DNA from: Candidatus Eremiobacteria bacterium
Lineage (GTDB): Bacteria > Vulcanimicrobiota > Vulcanimicrobiia > Vulcanimicrobiales > Vulcanimicrobiaceae
Direction of reading: 5' to 3'
DNA: 64,000 nt
Assembly (NCBI GenBank): GCA_963737065.1
Contig: CAVTRC010000001.1
Span: forward strand, 192,001-256,000
Shown here: positions 58,727 through 64,000 of the stretch, in pieces
How the letters are laid out: every line of letters starts with the position of its first letter
How positions within the stretch are numbered: position 1 is the first letter of the stretch
Position numbers and translations under genes: made by a program
Notes under the pieces: model-generated
Told to the model about the DNA's origin: nothing
Seen by the model: the letters and a program-made list of their open reading frames with translations, nothing else
The model's database searches: none

Positions 58727-59794
58727 TTACTGCTGAAACGGTTGTTGGTCGGTGTTCGGCGGCTGGAGTGCGCGGAATGTGAACGCGTCGCGATAGAGCC
58801 CCGCCGTGGCGCGGCCGTTAACCGTGCGCGGCGAATACCGCGCCTTCATCGCGGCCTTGCACACCGCGTCATCGAGCGAAAGATACCCCGACGTCTTCGT
58901 GATGGTGCACTTGACCGGATTTCCGCGCTCGTCGATACTCACTTCGAACGCGGTCGTTCCTTCGGCGCCTTGGAGATAGGCAATTTGTGAGGGACGTGGA
59001 TTTATTGCAGTGTCGCCGCCGATCGGCGTGGCATCGCGCACCATGTAACTCGGCGCAACCGCGATCGACTCGGCGTGACCCGCGAGCACCGGCGTCGCGT
59101 CGGCATGCGATACGTTCACCGCGGAGTTGTACGCATGCGGCATCGCTTCGTTCCGGCGCCATACCGGAACGTTCGATTCCGCGTCCTTCGTCTGCGGGGC
59201 GGGCGCCACAGCCGTTGAACCTTCAGCAGCGACCGTTGTTTCAGTTGTATGAACCGGCGCTTTCGTTTCCGCACGATCCGTTTGTTTGAGCGTAATAACG
59301 TTGTGAACGACGACGATCTTTGCTTGAGGTTGCGCGGACGGCTGCACGGGTGCGGGCGCAGCCGTCGCTTTCGCAAGCGTACGCGGCAGCGGGCGATGCT
59401 CGAGCGCAACGTGGAATGCGGCTGCAGGTTGCGGCTGCACTTCTTGCACTGCGACGGTCACCGGTGCGGACGTTTTCGCCGTGAGAACCGTATGCATCCC
59501 GAGCGATGCGATGATGGCGAGGATGACCGCCGAAACGCCGACGCTCCATACGCGGCGTACGGTGCGCATCCGGCGCTCTCCCGGACGAAGCGGCACCGGT
59601 TGCCACACTTCACTTTCAGCGGCGTGCTTGACCGTAACCATCACGCGTTCGATTTCGCGTTCGCCGCCCAGCGCGCGCAAACACGCCGCGCACGCCGAGA
59701 TATGGCGCCGGTAGTCGTCGCGTTCGGTTTCGCTCGCTTCGCCGAGCGCGATTGCACCGGCGAGAACTTCAGCGCGAGCGCAGTCCTTGTTCAT
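58727..59794 (-). CDS. Zinc-finger anti-sigma factor fused to a TonB C-terminal domain
   Basis: HISACAAC (HxxxCxxC), single TM, Pro/Ala/Thr linker, GAEGTTAFEVSIDERG..TSGYLSLDDAVCKAAMKARYSP. ATGA overlap with the sigma gene. Confidence 0.85.
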   Translation of the reverse strand: MNKDCARAEVLAGAIALGEASETERDDYRRHISACAACLRALGGEREIERVMVTVKHAAESEVWQPVPLRPGERRMRTVRRVWSVGVSAVILAIIASLGMHTVLTAKTSAPVTVAVQEVQPQPAAAFHVALEHRPLPRTLAKATAAPAPVQPSAQPQAKIVVVHNVITLKQTDRAETKAPVHTTETTVAAEGSTAVAPAPQTKDAESNVPVWRRNEAMPHAYNSAVNVSHADATPVLAGHAESIAVAPSYMVRDATPIGGDTAINPRPSQIAYLQGAEGTTAFEVSIDERGNPVKCTITKTSGYLSLDDAVCKAAMKARYSPRTVNGRATAGLYRDAFTFRALQPPNTDQQPFQQ

Positions 59795-60312
59795 TCCTTC
59801 TCCGTCATAACCGCTCGAAGGGTCTTCATTGCGCGGCAGACACGTTGCCGAACCGCGTCGGACGAGGTCCCGAGCATCGCTGCCGCCTCTTGCGACGAGT
59901 ACCCGGCGTAGCTCGTCAACAATACCGCGGCCGCCTGATCGGAAGGCAATCGCGCAAGTGCGGCCTGAAGATCGACAGACGCCGCGCTCTGCTCGTCGAT
60001 ACGCCAAGAACGCACGTCGTGATCGCGATCGAGCGGCAGCATGCGGACGATCTTTTTTCTCCGCAAAAACGAAATCGCACTGTTCGTCGCGGTTTTGTAC
60101 AACCAACCGGCCGTCAGCGGGCGGTCGGGATCCGCTTGCAGCGTACGATACGCCGCGAAGAACACATCTTGCGTGAGGTCGAGCGCGACTTCGCTATCGC
60201 CGACCATGCGCCGGAGATAGCGCGCGAGCTTCGTTTGATATTCCCGAACGAGCGTCTCAACCCGCAGTTGTGCGCCCGCGACCGAGCTGGTTGCGAGGTA
60301 GACCTCATCCAT
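59791..60312 (-). CDS. ECF RNA polymerase sigma factor
   Basis: DLTQDVF, WLYKTATN, GYSSQEAAAMLG...VRQRVCRA. Confidence 0.93.
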   Translation of the reverse strand: MDEVYLATSSVAGAQLRVETLVREYQTKLARYLRRMVGDSEVALDLTQDVFFAAYRTLQADPDRPLTAGWLYKTATNSAISFLRRKKIVRMLPLDRDHDVRSWRIDEQSAASVDLQAALARLPSDQAAAVLLTSYAGYSSQEAAAMLGTSSDAVRQRVCRAMKTLRAVMTEKE

Positions 60313-60647
60313 TGATCTGCCCCCCCTTTCCGACCCCAACGCCGGAGCGGCGGAATTCGTGACATTAGGCAACGGCACCCGGGCTCGCTCACACAGCGAG
60401 CGCTTGAGGCGTCTAAGCGGCCAAGCGACGGCGCTCGGGGACTTGCACGAGACTACTATATCTCGCACAAGTAGCCCCGAACCGGCTCGAGGGCGCATTG
60501 GTTCGAGCGGAAGCGTACCGGCAACAATACGGCGGTGCCGTGATTGGGCAGGCGCCTCGACGCTGCAGCGCATATTGTCCATTTTCACCTATCCGAATCG
60601 CAACGAAGAAGTCAGTTGCATCCTTGCCGAAGCTCTTCGAGAACCGA

Positions 60648-61667
60648 ATGAATGTAACGGAACCCATCGTAGACACGCGCCGGCGCGGACTGCGTGATCT
60701 GCGCATCTCCGTGACGGACCGCTGCAATTTCCGCTGCGTGTACTGCATGCCGAAGGAAGTGTTCGGCCCGGACTATCAGTTCATGCCGCAGGCGGAGCTC
60801 CTAACGTTCGAAGAGATCGTTCGCCTCGCCAAGATCTTCCACGCGCATGGAGTGGAAAAGATTCGCCTTACCGGCGGTGAGCCGCTGTTGCGTAAGGGAA
60901 TCGAACGGCTCGTCGAGATGCTTGCAACGGAACTGCCCGGCGTCGTTCTGACGCTTACGACGAACGGCTCGGCACTAAAAGCGAAGGCGAAAGCGCTCAA
61001 AGCCGCTGGCTTGACGCGCATCACCGTGAGCCTCGATTCGCTCGACGATGCGACGTTCAAAGCGATGAACGACGTTAACTTCCCGGTCGCCAAAGTTCTC
61101 GAGGCAATCGATACCGCTGCGGATGCGGGGCTCGCTCCCGTGAAGATCAATATGGTCGTGAAACGCGGCGTCAACGATTCGCATATCGTCGAGATGGCAC
61201 GGTACTTCAAAGGTTCCGGAAACATCGTGCGATTCATCGAATTCATGGACGTCGGCACAACGAACGGGTGGAAAATGGATCATGTCGTTCCGAGCGCCGA
61301 GGTCGTACGGTCGATCGATCGTGTTTTTCCATGCGTTCCCGCGCATCCGAACTACGCCGGTGAGGTCGCGAAGCGGTGGCGCTACACGGATGGTTCCGGC
61401 GAGTTCGGTGTGATTTCGAGCGTCACCGAAGCATTCTGCAGTTCGTGCACGCGCGCGCGTCTTTCGAGCGACGGCATGATGTTTACATGCCTCTTCGGGA
61501 GTAAAGGGCGCGACTTCAAATCGATGCTGCGCGAGGGAAAAACCGACGACGAGATCGCGCGCGCGATTGGCGCGATTTGGCGATCTCGCGACGATCGCTA
61601 CTCAGAAATCCGCACGAATGAGACCGTGAAGGAACGGAAAGTCGAGATGAGCTTCATCGGCGGATAG
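60648..61667 (+). CDS. moaA: GTP 3',8-cyclase
   Basis: [37 protein letters not shown]-terminal IGG. Confidence 0.97.
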   Translation: MNVTEPIVDTRRRGLRDLRISVTDRCNFRCVYCMPKEVFGPDYQFMPQAELLTFEEIVRLAKIFHAHGVEKIRLTGGEPLLRKGIERLVEMLATELPGVVLTLTTNGSALKAKAKALKAAGLTRITVSLDSLDDATFKAMNDVNFPVAKVLEAIDTAADAGLAPVKINMVVKRGVNDSHIVEMARYFKGSGNIVRFIEFMDVGTTNGWKMDHVVPSAEVVRSIDRVFPCVPAHPNYAGEVAKRWRYTDGSGEFGVISSVTEAFCSSCTRARLSSDGMMFTCLFGSKGRDFKSMLREGKTDDEIARAIGAIWRSRDDRYSEIRTNETVKERKVEMSFIGG

Positions 61668-61686
61668 CCGCGGGAGCGAACGCCTT

Positions 61687-62229
61687 ATGCACGTCGCAAG
61701 CTACTTGATGCATCGAGAGCATGCGCCGCCGGGCTTCTGGCCATGGCGCGATGATGTCAGGTGCATCGAAGGCGTGGAGTTCGAAAGCACGGGTCCGACG
61801 CGCTTCTTCCAGACCGTGGATACGCACCCACGCAGTTGGGGACGATTGAACTGGCGCGTTCAGCTCAATAAACTTGCAGACGATCGCGCTGCACTTCCGC
61901 TCTTTCGCACGTTTTACCCGGGCGTTGAGTGGAAGCTCGCGCCGTCAGCGGACCAGCGGTGGTTTGTGACGGCGTGGTTTCGCTGGGATCGGCCGGCGGG
62001 TGAGCACGTCGAAGGATGTGCCGGCTCGGTTGCGGCCATTGAATCCGGCGTTATCTCATTTCGGATTCCCGCGTTCGATCGCGACAGCGGTGAGACGCTG
62101 CAGCTTCGCTCGCGTGTCGACGCGCGCGACCGGCGAAGCATTGCCGATTCCGTTCAATCGGTTCGGAAAAGCGACGCGAGCACCAAGAGCACGCTCATCA
62201 ACTTGGATGACGTTCTCGACCTTCACTAG
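61687..62229 (+). CDS. Hypothetical protein
   Basis: 180-aa Trp-rich ORF with GGGAG SD. No family recognised. Confidence 0.55.
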   Translation: MHVASYLMHREHAPPGFWPWRDDVRCIEGVEFESTGPTRFFQTVDTHPRSWGRLNWRVQLNKLADDRAALPLFRTFYPGVEWKLAPSADQRWFVTAWFRWDRPAGEHVEGCAGSVAAIESGVISFRIPAFDRDSGETLQLRSRVDARDRRSIADSVQSVRKSDASTKSTLINLDDVLDLH

Positions 62230-62342
62230 AATGAAATAACTTTGACTTTAATTTCCTTGATTGCGTCGCGCCATACCGCGTAATTTTTTTATAATGCGGC
62301 TATAATGCGTGAGTAACCTAGGCGACAACGTGCAGATCTGGG

Positions 62343-63668
62343 GTGCAGATTGTTGTGTCACTCTTGAAAGCCGATTTTGTGGAGTTGCCGGACGAGCGCC
62401 CGCCGCAGCCGAGCGACGGAGCAATTCGCGCGTGGGCCCTCAGTGATGTGCTCGATGCCGCACTGAGCAGCACCGGCGCGGATGTCGCGGAAATATTTCT
62501 TCGCGACGGCGATTCGCACGGCGTCTCTCTTGCGGCGTTCCGCGGCCCGTTTTCCGAAGCATTTCATCAAATCACGCACTTCGAAGAGGGTCAAGGATAT
62601 CCGGGCCTGGTCGTGCTTCACGGCCGGCCGGTCGAAGCAAGCGATGCGTTCGCGGATATTCGTTTTCTTCGATCGCACGTCAAGCACGCCGGCTTCCGTC
62701 ACTTTCTCTGCGTTCCAATTCCCGGGCAAAGACGGGCGATCGGAAGTTTGGACGTCGCGTGGCGGCGCGCGGCAGGACAATCGGCTTCGCGCTGCATCCC
62801 GTTATCCCGCGAAGCGGAGCGGCTCGCATTGTTGCTCGAGCGCGACTCGAACGACGTCCCGCAAAGCGGCGCTGAACCGGGTGCGGTCGATGGGACATTG
62901 ATCTTGCACGTGCTCGGCGGATTTACCGCGCGCTTGGGTTCACTCTGCCTCGGCATGGATCAGTTTGCGCGACGCAGATCGCTGACGCTGCTGAAGATTC
63001 TCGTTGCGAATTATGGGCGCGTGCTCGGGCGAGACGAATTGGTCGATCAAATCTGGCCAACCAAGCCGCCGGAAGACGCGCCGCAGCTGCTCAAATCCGC
63101 CGCGCACTATCTGCGACGCGCGCTAGGCGAAGCGCACGATGAGAAACCGAGCGCGCGATTCATTTTGACGACGGCAAACGGGTACGCGTTCAACACCTCG
63201 TCACCGCACTGGATTGACGCCGTCGAATTCAAGCGGCTCGCCGAAGAAGGGCTACGGTTGGAACGACAAGGCCGATGGCGCGAAGCGTTAGGGTCGCTCG
63301 AGCCGGCCGCGGAACTGTATCGCGGCGCGTATCTCGATGACGAGCCGTACAGCGAATGGGCGATCGCGCAGCGGCGCCGATTCAGTGAATTACATTTCGA
63401 CGTCCTCGCGGCGTCCGCTCGGTTATTTCGCATTGCCGGCGACTTCGAAGCAGCGATTCGGTCTAATCGGCGCATGCTGCAATTCGATCCGTGTTTAGAA
63501 GACGTGCATTGCGATCTCATGGATTTGCTCTTCCGCTCCGGCAAGCGAATTCAAGCGCTACGTCAATTCGAGGCGTGTCGCAGAGCACTCAAGGAAGAGT
63601 TCGATTCCTCACCGCTTTTGGAAACGGAAACGCTTTACCGCAGCATTTTGAACGGATGCCTTCATTAG
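62343..63668 (+). CDS. GAF plus winged-helix plus BTAD (SARP-like) transcriptional regulator
   Basis: GAF (GQGYPGLV, LCVPI), LHVLGGF, DELVDQIWP, LYRGAYL, QALRQFEAC..L.EEF. Start uncertain. Confidence 0.87.
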   Translation: MQIVVSLLKADFVELPDERPPQPSDGAIRAWALSDVLDAALSSTGADVAEIFLRDGDSHGVSLAAFRGPFSEAFHQITHFEEGQGYPGLVVLHGRPVEASDAFADIRFLRSHVKHAGFRHFLCVPIPGQRRAIGSLDVAWRRAAGQSASRCIPLSREAERLALLLERDSNDVPQSGAEPGAVDGTLILHVLGGFTARLGSLCLGMDQFARRRSLTLLKILVANYGRVLGRDELVDQIWPTKPPEDAPQLLKSAAHYLRRALGEAHDEKPSARFILTTANGYAFNTSSPHWIDAVEFKRLAEEGLRLERQGRWREALGSLEPAAELYRGAYLDDEPYSEWAIAQRRRFSELHFDVLAASARLFRIAGDFEAAIRSNRRMLQFDPCLEDVHCDLMDLLFRSGKRIQALRQFEACRRALKEEFDSSPLLETETLYRSILNGCLH

Positions 63669-63771
63669 TAGCAACGGAACCGGCACGGAACCGTTCGCGT
63701 CTACTTTTATCGGAAGTGAGCTTTTTTCGCGTTGTTCGTGCGTTCAAGCTCCTAGCGATCGGGAGGGGCAC

Positions 63772-64000
63772 ATGATTCGTGTTATCGCGGCCGCATCGTT
63801 CGCCCTAATTTTCGGATATGCAACCGCATGCGCGCTTGCGGACGAAGGCGCCACCGTCTTTGCTTCCAAGTGCGCCGCGTGTCATACGATTGGTAAAGGC
63901 AAGCTCGTCGGTCCGGATTTAAAAGGGATAACCACCACGCAAAGCCCCGAGTGGCTTGCTAAGTGGGTTTCCTCGCCGAGCGCAATGGTGCATTCCGGCG
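63772..64000 (+). CDS. Cytochrome c, partial (runs off the window)
   Basis: Translated by hand: GGAGG SD, signal peptide, KCAACHTIGKGKLVGPDL. Confidence 0.88.
   Translation, partial: MIRVIAAASFALIFGYATACALADEGATVFASKCAACHTIGKGKLVGPDLKGITTTQSPEWLAKWVSSPSAMVHSG

Noticed and set aside
60313..60647. Moco or c-di-AMP (ydaO) riboswitch before moaA
   Set aside because: Only short fragments (cccgaacc, cggaagcg) resemble ydaO, and the main stem is favoured on the opposite strand.

Overview
High-GC bacterial chromosomal window. No tRNA, rRNA, CRISPR array or transposase was recognised. The mix of a Firmicutes-like fliW-csrA-flagellin block, diderm markers (FlgH/FlgI, a TonB-dependent receptor, an MsbA-like exporter), a short EF-Ts and an archaeal/Thermus-type ProRS is most consistent with a diderm Terrabacteria lineage such as Vulcanimicrobiota (Ca. 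Eremiobacterota/WPS-2); this placement is inference. Layout: (1) 1-16.4 kb: the housekeeping rpsB-tsf-pyrH-frr-cdsA-dxr-rseP-ispG...proS block. uppS appears reduced to a remnant, and a REP-like 24-mer sits in-frame in both dxr and ispG. (2) 16.5-41 kb: a glycan island with a dTDP-4-amino-sugar pathway, an ATP-grasp/HAD fusion, a methyltransferase, PAPS synthesis (cysD/cysNC), two sulfotransferase-like genes, a PHP phosphatase, an ExeA-like ATPase and several glycosyltransferases, with flaG-fliD-fliS embedded in it. (3) 41-53.3 kb: flagellar cluster flgBC-fliE, flgFG-flgAHIJN-flgKL-fliW-csrA-fliC. (4) 53-64 kb: ABC exporter, a divergent photolyase homologue coupled to a cytochrome c, an ECF sigma factor with a zinc anti-sigma/TonB fusion, moaA, and a GAF-SARP regulator. 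Main observation: the same sigma28-type promoter (xxAA-N16-xCCGAWxx) lies before fliC, flaG, flgF and flgB and also before rfbB, cysD and a sulfotransferase-like gene. This points to a flagellum-coregulated, partly leaderless glycosylation-plus-sulfation system. All family assignments come from motif recognition by eye, not database searches.
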